Positions 37,546 through 49,871 of a stretch of 64,000 nucleotides of DNA are shown here, piece by piece. The stretch comes from Squalus acanthias. Lineage: Eukaryota. A model generated the notes under the pieces. That model saw only the letters and a list, made by a program, of their open reading frames with translations, had not been told where the DNA came from and did not search any database. The stretch is taken from NCBI GenBank assembly GCA_030390025.1, contig CM059425.1:169634001-169698000 (forward strand), written 5' to 3'. Position 1 is the first letter of the stretch. Each line of letters starts with the position of its first letter. A program made the translations under genes and the position numbers.

Positions 37546-39971
37546 TTATTTTTTGGGCACTAGGATTGGTATTCCCTGCCCATTCGTGTGAAGAGATGTC
37601 ATGCATTAATTTCTAATGTCCACAGTCAGAGCTCCAGAGGAGGCGTATCAGGTGCAGAGAGATCAGGAGGGACATTTGTAATGCTTGCAGATGCACATAA
37701 GTGGAAACTGCTTTGTGCATGCACAAACTGGAATTCATCTGACTGTAACAATGAAAATGTTGATATATATCTTTAAACTGTAAACCCACTCATCAGTGTT
37801 TTGTGTTTTTAATATTCTATGAGCAGTGCAGGTATTTATATCAACGGTATCGGTGCTTATTTCACATTCATTTTAGCCTGCTTCAATAGAAATTTAAATT
37901 GATCTGATTTAGTTACCGCAATTGTAAACACAGTCATCTATTTGAATTGTCTTTATTATTCATTCTCTCGAGTATTTGGGATATAGTTGGGCAAGCTGCA
38001 GAGTCATCGCTCTAACTTGCACAACATATGGATATCAGCAAAGGATGCAGAAAGTATATTTAGAATTGTTATGCTGCCCACATACTGTCACCACGGTCTG
38101 CCCTTTGACACTGGAGCATACTTATTTACCTCGGTTGACACAATAACAATTATGCAAATACATTCAAATGTCAATCCAATACATTTTTTATAAACTTTTT
38201 ATTGATCGGTGAAATGATCTGTGTTAAAGTTGCTGCTCTGGGGAACAGTGAAATTGTTTTATTAAGAAATGTGCGCAAACCGTATGGTTCAGATGGTGCG
38301 TGTGCAGGCTCTTAGCAGCAGGCCTGTGGTTAGTAAGCGACTAAGTTATTCAGGATCAATTTCTGAGTGCAAGGTTAGGTTTCAGGACAACAGATTACAT
38401 ATTCAAAGATCTGCTTGATAAACACTTGTGAATAACCTAATACAAAAATAGAAGAAATGCAATAACCTTCTACATAAAAAAGAGAAATCTGTTCAGCCAA
38501 ACTCATTTCTCACTTTATTCAATTTTCAGCAGTCAATGGACAGAATGTTGCAAGGGGAAAGGATCATTAATTTTCCTCAAACAGTAGCAAAAGGTACAGC
38601 AACCCAGCTGAACACACAGCCTGAAGTGTGCCCTTGTATGTTAGAAACATGATACTGCCATGTTGTTTGTGAGAGTGTGCCAATCAGTGCAGACCAGAAT
38701 TTACTGTCTTTAGATGTACGTGTCTGAATCTCTCTGAATAATGATTATTTAAAGAAGGGATAATGACTTTGATTTTTTTAAATATTTTTTTATTTCCTGT
38801 TTAGTTTTTGGATGTTTATTCGATCCATAAGAGATGGACTGAGATAATGGGCACCATGTCTGAATGTGTGGTTGATTGAACATTCTGGCTGTCTGTTGAA
38901 GAATTGCCCTCAGTGCTTTCATACAACATTGTGATTAACGTTGATATATCCGTTTCTATTAATATGTCTAGGTATTTGTTACATCTGAGTGGATGCATGA
39001 ATCCCCACTCAACATACCTGGATACTTTGGAAAATCAGGGTGGACAAGTAATTAAGTGTTCCAGCATTTGGTGGAAGCCCAATCCTACATATTGGACCAT
39101 GGAAGGTGATCACATGGTAAATATTCAACTGCACAAGTGTCCAATAATTGTTGAATAATTTTTCAACAACAAGTTGACATTATAGCTGAGGTGTCATTAT
39201 TGCTGATGGGATTCTCATGTGGAGAAAACATTAAAGAGGAAGCAAATGAGAGATGGTGGCGTATGAAAGATACTTATATAAAATCAGGGAAGCCATTAAG
39301 ACCAGCCAATAATTGATTACTACTCATATGTTGCACTGTGCTTTAATGTTGCTTGTGTATCTGCACTGATTTCCATTTGGTGTAATCAGTCAAATTGCCC
39401 ATCAGTTGGTTAATTTTCTGAGATTCTGGATGCAGCTGTCACACACTGTGCCTTGTAATGTAGCCAGGATACACAGGCAGGCGGGCACTTCATCTAGCTG
39501 AGAAACACTTGGGGCATTAGATTAAGCAGAAAAATATGTATAATAGTTGTACTTGTCAGTGGGTACAATAATAAGCATGAAAATACAACCAACAAATACA
39601 ATGCCACTGTCCCTTTCTAAGCCTTTCTTTTTTACTCTGTCTCTTGATATTTATGTATTATGTGTAGATTATTAATTTCTGAACTGCTGTGTTCTATTTC
39701 CTAATACTTTAATGATACCTATCTGATGTGATTTTTTTTCAAATTTTATTACATTTGCATGTAGATCAGTATTTTTTTGCATACTGATTCATATTTTTGA
39801 CTGGATAATTCACATACTTTTGCAAAATTAAGAGTTGGGTGATAGGATGATGTATCTTTCACTTCAGCTTTAAATCTAGCTTGGACTGATGGCTAAAAGC
39901 CTTTTTTTGTGCTGGGCATAAACATTTTGTTCCACCAGTTCAGGCAGAGGTAAAAAGACAGTGTGCTAAAG

Positions 39972-40380
39972 GAAGAACTTGCATTTATATAATGCTTCAT
40001 CACAACTTCAGGACAATTCAAAGCACTTTACAACTAATGAATTACTTTTGAAATGCTGTCAGTGTTACACAGACTAATGCAGCAGCCAACTGCACACTGC
40101 AAGATGCACTGAATGACCAGTTAATTTGTTCCTTTGGTGGTTTTGTTGTGGGGCAAACGATGGCCAGGACATTGGGAGAACCTTCTGTTCTTTAAATAAT
40201 GCCATGGGATCTTTTACATTCACCTGAAAAGGCAGATGGGGCCTCGGTTTAACATCTCAACTGAATGACGGCATCTCCAACAATGTAGCACTGTACTGAA
40301 TAGTCAGCTAAGATAATGTGCTCAATTCCTATACCCATGACCTTCTCACTCAGAGGCAAGAGTGCTACCAACTGAGCTAA
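39972..40380 (-). mobile_element. DeuSINE-like SINE copy
   Basis: Tail cttgcatttatata, gccatgggatcttttac, gcctcggtttaacatctca, and a tRNA-like head at about 40335-40378. Confidence 0.8.
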
Positions 40381-40484
40381 TGTGACACAAAACCATTGTA
40401 CTAACCAATCCCCTGCATTATTTCTCTTTAACTAACTTGATGAGTTGTAGTAAGGACATACGAAGTAATTTTACAAAATCATAT

Positions 40485-41033
40485 TTTGCGGCCCCTACGG
40501 GTGTGTACAAGGTGCGTACACGCACGTAGGGGATGTGCAAGTTCCAGGTTTTCATGCACGAAGCATCAATGCATCCCCGGGAAAAGAGCCTGCGTGGGCG
40601 GAGAGTTGTGATATTTGCCCAACTTCTGCCCAGCGAATGCCCGTGAAATTCTTACACCTGGTAAAGGCAGGTGTAAGGCCTGCTTTTACCAGCGTAAGAG
40701 TTTAAATGAACATAAAAATACATTTTTTCAATCATTTAAACGTTAAAAACCTGTACAATAAGGTAAGGGCCCAAAATTTGCAGTCGGAGGCTTCCCGCAG
40801 GCGGATGCCTCTGAGCTGTAAAAAATCTACGAATTTACCTGGTGGTCCGGGAGGTACAGAGACTGGGTATGCGCAGCAGATGCCCACGTATCCCAGGGGC
40901 CTCTACCCGTGGGTACCCAGAGAGGCCCAGGACCGCGAGTCTCCGTACCTCCCAGACCACCAGGTACGTGGGCAGTCTATTTGCGGATCGGAGGCATTCC
41001 CCGCGGGAAACCTCCGACCGCAAATTCAGGGCC
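40485..41033. mobile_element. Rearranged F/G-family MITE (H) ending in a 266-bp imperfect palindrome
   Basis: 40590-40767 matches the reverse complement of 48672-48840; 40768-41033 is two copies of one terminus in inverted orientation. Confidence 0.75.
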
Positions 41034-41711
41034 ATACTCTCAGTGAGAAGCCTCAACCACCAGGAATGCATATTGGAATTTGAACATATGTTCCCTGTGA
41101 TTTTCAATCCATTAAGATGAATGGACTAAACAAAAGTGATGAATGGAACTGTGGTTTTCTTATATATGCTCCTGGTGGGAGAGGCTTTATGCCAGAAGTG
41201 CATCTTCAGAAAATGATCCCAAATATGCCCTTGAAAGCAAGCAAACTCTGCTACTGATCTGAAAGAGTAAAATTAAAAGGTGTTAAGTAGGAGATTCATG
41301 TTCACACCACCAAATACATATTCCCCATTCCTCCTATCTCAGCTTTCTAAAAGGACCATTTCCTTCGTGGCACCCAAGTTCACTCTTCCATCACCCCAAC
41401 CATCTGGTCCCCTTCCCCTGGCACCATCACACGCAAGCACTGAGCAGCAACACCTGCCCAATCACCTCTATCCACACCATTGTCCAAGGCCTCAAACACT
41501 CCTTCCGGTAGAGACAGCAAATTACATACACTTCCTCCAACCCAGTATACGATATTCCCCATTCTCATTGCGGTCTCTTCTTCATCGGGGAGACCTAATG
41601 CAGATTATGTAACCACTTTGTTGAATACCTCCATTCTGTCTGTGGTGAGACTTCGAGCTCTCTGTTTCTTGTTAACTTAAGTTTCTATCCCACTCCCAGT
41701 CTGAACCCACT

Positions 41712-41878
41712 GGGATAGATTTTCAACTTGCTGCCCGGGTATAAAATTGGAGTTGCAGGTCAGCTGCCATTATAGAAACCCCCTGATTTTCATTTTCATT
41801 GATGTTAATGGAAATTAAAATCAAGTGGATTCCACAATGGATGCCCAAAGCCTGGGTGGAAAGGTGGAAATCTACCCT
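41712..41878. mobile_element. Palindromic MITE, 167 bp
   Basis: GGGATAGATTTTCAAC / rc AGGGTAGATTTCCACC; central ttttcattgatgttaatggaaa; TSD ACT/ATT. Confidence 0.65.
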
Positions 41879-41941
41879 ATTGTTGTTGGCATTCTCCGCT
41901 GTTCCACTGAAGCTCAATACAAGCTCGAGGAAAAGCACCAT

Positions 41942-44038
41942 GGTCGTAAAGTTCCGCACTTTAGCACCGGCTGATGAGACTGGTTTTGGAGAAAAAATGG
42001 TGGTCGCCTTGCTTCCGCCCACTTCCGGCGTGGAACATGGGGTCCGCTATTTTGGGCAGGTCGGCAGTGCTTCCATTGCCTGCGTTTGCTGCAAACATGG
42101 TAATTAGTCAGATCGTGACATCAATCAGCGTGCAACACTGAATTGGTGCACAACCTTCTATTTTGGACGTCGCCACCCCTTTTAACACCATCTCCAAAGC
42201 ACACACAGCTGAATGTGTGTTCAGCTGTATGACAGACCTCCCCAACAGCACTTCTTAAAGGGACACATGCAACTTTGAGGTAAGTTTAGGTTTTTTCTTT
42301 TGTACTGGTTTCTTTACATTTTATTTGAGTGATGGCTTGGTGTAATACATTTAAAAAGTTGTTAAAATGTGCAGGGAGTCCTGCTGGACATTTGCAAGGC
42401 TCTTAAAGGAAGGCCTCTGAGAACACCACTTGCTCCCAGTCCTGGGGGCTCTAGTTGCAGTCACCCTTGTGCTGCAACATGACATGTAGATGGAGCAGAG
42501 GCAGCAAAGGGGACAAGCTGCTTGTAGAAGGAGGAGGAAGACGAGGAAGCAGAAGAGGAAGAAGCAGAAGAGGAAGAAGCAGAAGACAAGTAAGCAGAAG
42601 AGAAGGAGGAGGAAGCACAAGGAAGGAGGCAGCCCAGACAGTCCCTTTCTGGTCAGGATATCCGGGATCGAATCATTCGCTTGCGGTACCAGTGAACACA
42701 ACCCCAATTCCCCTTTCAACATTTGTCCCACTCCTAACCTTCCCGCTGTTACTGACCATCACAATGCTGAAATAAAAGCCACCACAAAGCAAACTTTCCA
42801 ATCCAACTTTATCCATATATGCATTAATATTACATCAAAAAATCGACCAATCAGCTTTGTGCATTCCCTTAATGACTGTCTTGCATGTGTCTTTGCCTAG
42901 CCTAGTTATGGCACGCAGTGCTACCCCAGTGGCAGCAGCATGGCTGGTGGAAGGCTTTTGCCTTTCAGTGGGGGACACTGCAGATGGCCTTGCAGGACGA
43001 CCTCGAGGAACTGGTGGCTGGGAGTGTGGAATTGAGTGACAGTGTTTCTTCTTCTTCACTCTCCTCTCACTCTCCTTGGTCAACCACTGGCTGGGCAGGC
43101 TGGATTTCTTGGGTGTCTGAAATGAGAATGGCACAAGGGTAGAGTTGTGGTGAGGGTAGGCGGGTAAAGCGAGAGGCTCATGCTTACAGCATGTGCAGCT
43201 TGTAAATCAGAAGATATTGTGGGATGAGGGGTAAGTGGGATGTGAGAAGGAGGATAACGTATGAGGATACTGGCATCTTCTATTCTTTCAGCCCAGCCGC
43301 AGGCCAAGAGCTCAGTCATGCCCCTGCCAAGAATGGCCAGCACCGTCTCCTCCAAGGGGGTGAGGTGAAGCTCGGAATGTGAGGTGTGCCTCGTGTTTGG
43401 TACAGATTGTTGTTAGTGAGTGATGGGGGGGGTCACACATTGAGGAGTGTGTGAAGCTAGTGGTGCAATTAGTAGGAGACGGCTTTTGAAGATGCATTCA
43501 CTGACCTTGAGCACGTGTCTGAGGTCATGAAACTTCTTTGGGCAGTGGAGCCAGGTTCCAGGGGCGAAACTGCTGACAGTGATGACCTCAGCGATCTGGT
43601 CCCACGTCTTTCTTTCTGGAGGGCCTTCTGGCCCTCTGTGGGTAGAGGAACTCTCTTCCAGTGTTGAACCCCTGCACAAAGCTCAAGTACTGCGTCCGAG
43701 ACCCTGGGTGCCCTTTCCCTGTCTTGTTGAGCCATTTGGGTTAGTGCTGAAGCACTTTTAACATTTTTGATCACCAGAAGGCAGCGCATCTTCAAGAGGT
43801 GCAGACTGCTTTTAAGAGGTGCAGGCTAGCTTTAAGTAAGGCTAGCCTCACTCGAACATGGAGAACTTTGGCCCTCTGCTGAGCGCACAGCCTGTCAGCA
43901 ACGCATTCAGCGCTGGACTGTGCGCTACAAACATTATAATTAGCAGGCAGCGTGAATTTGACATGCTGCTTGAGCCCCTTTCAACGGGCACATCGCAGTG
44001 CCCACGCCCGTTTTTCTGAGTTATCGAATTTCACCCCC
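41942..44038. mobile_element. Internally deleted Harbinger (J)
   Basis: Ends GGTCGTAAAGTTC / rc GGGGGTGAAATTC; TSD CAT/CTT. Transposase start fused to acidic tail ending IRDRIIRLRYQ* (+, about 42440-42694). Myb/SANT remnant MAQQDRERAPRVSDA...WDQIAE...KKFHDL (-, about 43500-43735). Confidence 0.85.
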
Positions 44039-44568
44039 CTTATCTTTCAACCAGGCTCTTTGCAATCTTCTGACCTTAATATTGCTTTTAACAATGTCAG
44101 GTCTTAACTATAGCTGCCATTTTCTCTTTAGTAGGAAGTGTTGGCAATGTGGGATGGGAGTGCTGGCATTTCTGGGGATGGGAGGAATGAACACGTTGGA
44201 TCCCTGCCATTGGAGCACTGTGCTGGTAGGGTGATCACCACCCTTGGTTTTGAGCTGCTTTTCTTTTCTATGAGGCTCCTAAGCCATTGGAGCCTACGCT
44301 TTACTAGTTTTTCGTGCTTCGCTTTCAGGAGCCTATCCTCCACCCTCCAACACTCGCTATGTCTCGTATATGTCCTGTATTTCTCTCTATGCCACCTATT
44401 GTCTCATGTTTATATCACTTCTGTTATTTAACCATCTTCAGTTTTTTACTTAAGCACTTCACAGGTCATTCTATTTCTTTTTTTGTGTGTGTTTATGTTT
44501 GTGTTTTTCTCATCGCCCTATGCCTTGATCAGTTCCTTTTTAAATGCCGTTTATCTGTAATATCTTCC

Positions 44569-44604
44569 AGTTCTGATGAAGGGTGCAAGCCTGAAATATT
44601 AACT
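44569..44604 (+). ncRNA. Minimal hammerhead-like motif, family 2 (repeat to about 44672)
   Basis: agtt-CTGATGA-a-gggt(gcaa)gcct-GAAA-ta-TT-aact; AUAU stem III palindrome. Confidence 0.6.
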
Positions 44605-45149
44605 TGTTTGTTCTCTCCACAGCTGCTGCCTGACCTTATGAGTGTTTCCAGCATTTTCTGTTTTTATTTCAGGGGATTCATAGGCAGCTGTCAAATGGCA
44701 GGGGAAGGGAGAGCACAGTATTGAAGGCACACATGACTAGCCTACACAGAACACAGTCTGAAAGGATCGTCTTCCACAAATAAGTAATTTCAGCTTCCAT
44801 GAAATATCTACAACTTCTTTGTGTATATGCAGTCACTTACATTAGATGATCCCCTTTATTTTTCCGAAGAGCTTTGACGCTCCACTGTTGGTTACTATGG
44901 GAGAAGAGCATGTTTTCCTAAAGCTTTTGAAGCCTATTTTATGTATATATCTATTATTAAAATATGGTGTCTGCAGAAACTTCCTATAAACTTTTGGTTA
45001 ACACTTTATATGTCAGTATTTACAATGGAACTGCTTATATAAACATTTATAATGGTAATTCCCTATGTAAACACCTACTTGTAGTTACATGTCTCCCACC
45101 ACTAGTAGTGCAGTATGGCTGCCCCATCCCATCACCGAACTGCCTTCCC

Positions 45150-45984
45150 TTGTTCCAGAAATTACACCAATGCCCTAAGAATGCGAACCCTTCCCTTGTG
45201 CACTAGCCACAGCTTGCCTTTCATAATCTTCTTCTCCTTAACCCATCCAGTGCGTGGCATAGCAAGCACTCCGGAGATTACCACCCTTGTTTTTCAATCT
45301 AATGACTAACTCCTTAAACTCCCTCTGTAAGATCTCAAATATACCTCTATCTACATCATTGGTTCCAACATGAACAATGACTTTTGGCTGCTCTCCTACC
45401 TTTTCTAGAAATTTTCCCACCCATTCCATGATATCCTTCATCCTGGCACCAGTGAGGAAACATACCATTCGGGACTCCTGGCCAACACTGCAATAAAGCT
45501 AACTATACCTCTGATTATAGAATCCTCCACTACTACCACCCTCCTATTCTTGCAATCTACCTGCCTCTTACCCCCTTGGGTAATCCCCTTTTCCACGGTC
45601 CACAGTCACTGTCTACCTCATACTTGTCCAACACTACGTATCCATTGGACAGTTCCAGTAACTCAGGGCTTCTCTCCAGCTGTCTGCCTCCAATGCTCCT
45701 GCAGATGGTCACTCACCCCTCTCTTTCTACACTATCCCTGTGTCCTGAACTGTGTGAGCACTGCCTCCTCAGTGACCACGTTCTGCAAGGTATGATTTGG
45801 AAACCTCATCCTCTCTGATGCCGCGAAGTGTGGTCACTTGCTGCTCGAGCACAAAGATCCTTTGCTCCAGAAACTCAAAGCTCTAACACTTGGTGCAAAT
45901 GTATGACCACTGGATACACTGAGGATCCATGAAAGCCCTCATATCGCAATCCATGGGCATCATGCTGGTTCCCTGCCCTGCCAT
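45150..45984 (-). pseudogene. Decayed CR1 ORF1 (Cys/zipper region plus SGNH esterase)
   Basis: ICTKC*SFEFLEQRIFVLEQQVTTLR; VCFLTGARMKDI...VIVHVGTND. Confidence 0.8.
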
Positions 45985-46331
45985 CCCTCTGTTTCTAACT
46001 TTAAAAATGTAGATAGTATTAGCTTGATCTCCCACCAGCACCAAACACTCACAAGAATCAAACTTGTTTATCTCTTTTCACGCAAGTATTAATTTTTTAG
46101 GAAAAAATAAATTCTTGTCAAACTGCACCTGAAGGCTGAACTCTCACCGAGGGTAAACTCCTCACTCTTCTGACCACTCAAACTTCACTGGCTTCTTGTA
46201 GCTCGAGATTTTGCTCTCACTACTCAGCACAAACTTATATCTGTCTTAACTTATAGTCTAACTGCCACAAGCAAAACTACAGCCAGAGAACATCTCTTTT
46301 GTATTTAATTAATTATCCATTACCGCCGCAA

Positions 46332-46452
46332 ACATAAGAACATAAGAAATAGGAGCAGGAGTAGGCTATTCGGCCCTTTGAGCCTGCTCCGCCATTCAAT
46401 AAGATCATAGCTGATCTTCTACTTCAACTCAACTTTCCCGCTTTATCCCCAG
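46332..46452 (-). mobile_element. CR1 3' tail fragment
   Basis: aacataagaacataagaaataggagcaggagtaggc. Confidence 0.85.
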
Positions 46453-46889
46453 CTCATCAAAAAATACTTTAAATGAGTTTTATTATTGAATAGCTAAAAT
46501 GAAGTAAATTAACATAAATTTGAACTCAAAATATTGAAAAGAAAATGTCAGTACTTAAGTCCTAATCACTCATGCTGAGGGACATCCCACACCCCACTGG
46601 CCTCCCGTAGCTCAAGATTGAGCTTGAGGTTCTTTTTTGAAATTGTGTCCCTTTTGTTATTCATGTGCATATTATGGAGAACAATCGTTTAAATATTAAC
46701 CTTAGGCAGCATCATTATTTGCATCCTTTCAATCAGAAAAACATCCATTAACCACTCCTTTCAGCTTTCTGTCCTTTAACCAACTTCATTTCCCTGTTGC
46801 CACATTCCCTTTAATGCCAGGTACCTTAAATTTATCAACAAGCCCCCTGTGTGGCGCTGCATTTTCTTTATAAATATATTCCATTATTT

Positions 46890-47190
46890 CTTAATAGAGC
46901 TCTATTAAATTTGTCAGACACAACTTGTCTTTTACAAATCCGTGCTGGCTGTCCTAAACTAGTCTATGTCTTTCTAAGTGTGTATTAATTTTATCTTGTA
47001 TTATTGCCTCTAAAAGCTAATGTTAGGCTGACTGATTTATAGTTACCTGGTTTGTCCCTTTCTCCCTTTTTGCACAGAGGCGCTACATTGACAACTCTCC
47101 AGTCCTCTGGCACAATTTCCACATCCCAAGGATATTTGAAGGATTGTGGTCAGCACTGTTGTTATTTCCTTTCTGACTTTCCTCAGCATC
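46890..47190 (-). mobile_element. Old CR1 RT fragment
   Basis: Reverse complement resembles DWRVVNVAPL...KREKG..PGNY..SL and QHGFVKDKLCLTNLIE. Confidence 0.6.
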
Positions 47191-47575
47191 TAGCATGCAT
47201 GACATCAGGGTCATGACATCAACTGTACCACTTCGAGGCTGCCAGGTGGTAAAGCTGCACCATAGTGGCACATGCACCTGCCAACGCCCTGTAAAAATGG
47301 TGCCCTTCCCCTTGAACCCACACTGGAAGGCACCAATGGGCACAATCTTGTGTAAGTGGTGGGATTGTGCAAGGGGCCTAACGTCTGTTTAGGGTGGCCA
47401 TCTGTGACGCACAGAGTGTAAATGAGGCAGAGAGAGACTGACAGAGAAAGAAAGAGAAAGTGAAAAAAAAGAGACAGGTGAATAGATAAAGAGACACTTG
47501 GAGAGAGTCAGGTGGAGAGCGACAGATACTGAGAGAAAAACACTCACAAAAACATAGAGTACATAAACAGACATA

Positions 47576-48163
47576 GGGGTTGATTTTAACTCCCGGAAAC
47601 CAGTGTTAAAGGAGTGATAAGGGCCTAAAATGGGGTCGGTAGACTTATCAGTCCACTGACAGTGACACTCCAGCTTCCGTCACCTTGAAAGTGGCCTATC
47701 CCTGGGTGGCTGCAGCACCTACCTGAAACAGGCTGCAGGCCTCTTACCCACGCAAATCGGGGTCTTAATGAGGCAGTTAGGACCCCAATTACAATTTTAG
47801 GGACACATGGGTGGAATGTTTGCTGCATCTGTACTGGCGTTCAGCAGCCCAAATAACGGTCCCTTTAAGGACCGCCACTGGCCGCTCAGGAAACGACCAC
47901 CAAAACATTTTAAACTTGTATTTTTGTGGAGTTGGAAGGAGCAAAAATGCTCCTCCTGGCTCCACAAAAATAATGTGGGCTGCTACCAGTCTGGGATCAC
48001 ACTCCTGGACCTCGCCTCTCCATCCTGCCCCGGTCCCACTTGCAGCTGCCAGCAGATTCAAATGAGGCCCAGGCCTCAAAGTTGTGGTGTCCTCTGATTC
48101 ACTGGAATGATCGCCCGATGACAGTCTTCACTGGTCAGCCGCCCAAAATTCAAAATCTACCCC
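47576..48163. mobile_element. Harbinger-type MITE (L), 588 bp
   Basis: TIRs GGGGTTGATTTTAA / rc GGGGTAGATTTTGA; TSD ATA; inserted in a GA/CA-rich tract. Confidence 0.8.
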
Positions 48164-48262
48164 ATAGTGTGTGTGTGGAGGAGAGACAGACAAAGCATGT
48201 GAGCGAGGGAAAGAGACACACACAAACTGAAGCAGAGTGACAGGCAGGTAGAGATAGGTAAT

Positions 48263-48892
48263 GGGCCTAAATTTGTGGTCAGAGGCTTCCTGCGGGTGGA
48301 TGCCTCAACCGGCAAAAAATTTACGAACTTACCTGGTAGTCCTGGATCCATTGAGACTCCTGGGCCTCTATGCGTAGACATGCGTAGAGGCCCACGTACC
48401 CCAGGGGCGCATGCGGTTTGTATGTACGGAATCCCCATAAGCATGAATGGGAATACCCCCCAAAATACGTGTATGCATCAAATAAATAAAAGAAAATTGC
48501 ACATTTAAAATTAATTAAAATGCCATTTAATTAAATATTTTAAACAAAAAGTTAATTAAAAAAACATTGCATATTTAAAATTAATTAAAATGCCATTTCA
48601 TTAAATATTTCAAACAAAAAATTAATTTTTTGAAAAATAAATTTAAATGTTTTAAAGGGGCTAAAAATAAACTTACCTTATTGTACAGGGCTTTTAATGT
48701 TTAAATGATTGAAAAAAAATTATTTTTATGTTCATTTACACTCTTATGCTGGCCTTATGCCTGCTTTTACCAGGCGTAGGAATTTCACGGGCATTCGCTG
48801 GGCAGAAGTTGGGCAAATAGTTCAACTCTCCGCCCATGGATGTCCATTTCCCGGAGATGGCTACGATCTGTCAAGAAGATTCTTGACAGATC
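48263..48892. mobile_element. F/G-family MITE (I), right end missing
   Basis: gggcctaaatttgtggtcagaggcttcc start; colinear with 36490-37000. Confidence 0.75.
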
Positions 48893-49710
48893 TATGAGTG
48901 ACTAATGGCATGTGTTCACCCGATGGATGCAGTCCATGGATGACGAATCCTCAGAAGAGCAGACTGGTTCTGTGGGTGCACCATCACCATGCACCAGCTC
49001 AGATACTCGCACTGGTGGGACCAGTTAGACAGGTTTTAACCTGGTGACTCACACTTCACAAGTGAGCAAGAGCAGACAGTGGTGGCAGGGACAGCTGTGG
49101 AGCGTCCACATCAGAGGGTGCAGCCCACTCCAAGCTCTGCTCAACTGGAGACGGGCGCCGTTGGTGAAAAGGATAATCATTGAGGAGCAGCAGAGAATGT
49201 GCGATGTACTGACAGGCCTTCCAAGCACACTGACCACGATTGCAGAGAGAATAGCGGAGTCCACCTCAAGCATGAGTGGGTTGAAGTCGCAGGGCATTGC
49301 GATGATGTCTTCTTGCATGGATAGAGTGGCCGACTCCACTGAAAATCAGTCGCAGATATCAAATGAGTCCATGCACACTTTGACCACGGCCGTGTACACT
49401 CTGGATGGCAACATGTCTGCCGCTTTAAATGGGATGGCAGATGCCTTGGCCTTACAGTGCTGGACTGATCAGCACCAAAGTGCTCTCCAGCAGTGTGGTT
49501 CCAGTTCTCACCCATTGCCTCCTCCCCCACCTCCCCTCAGTCGGTACCTGACACGCTGCCTCATGTCCCAATGGCTTTGTCTGGCCTGCACAGGTGCAGG
49601 AGGAGCAGTCTTTGGCAGGGCCCTCATGGGCTCCAAAACCCAGAGGTCAGCAGCCAAGAGCATCTCAGCACAGAGCAGGGATGTGAGCAGCCGTTATGAG
49701 AAACAATAAA
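48893..49710 (+). pseudogene. Harbinger Myb-gene last-exon remnant (part of disrupted element K)
   Basis: caccagctcagatactcgcac matches 6999-7019; protein parallels 7076-7978 (LPSTLTTIAERIAESTS versus VPESLSAMETSTS). Confidence 0.7.
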
Positions 49711-49871
49711 AAGGATAAAACCGGACGGACCACCCAGTATCGACCTCAGCACCGACTTCGGACACGACAACGGCACATCCAGCCCAGTTGACCTTGCAAA
49801 ATCCTGCTCACTAACAGCTGGGAACTTGTGCCAAAATTGAGAGAGCTGTCCCACAGACTAGTCAAGCAACA

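Larger units (their letters stand above)
41300..44105 (+). pseudogene. Decayed Penelope-like element GIY-YIG endonuclease region in three pieces (about 41300-41711, 41879-41941, 44039-44105)
   Basis: PGT...NTCPITS...QGLKHSF...TSSNPVY...CGLFFIGET*CRL; then VVGILRCSTEAQYKLEEKH|LIFQPGSLQSSDLNIAFNN reads through once the 41942-44038 insertion and one TSD are removed. Confidence 0.75.
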
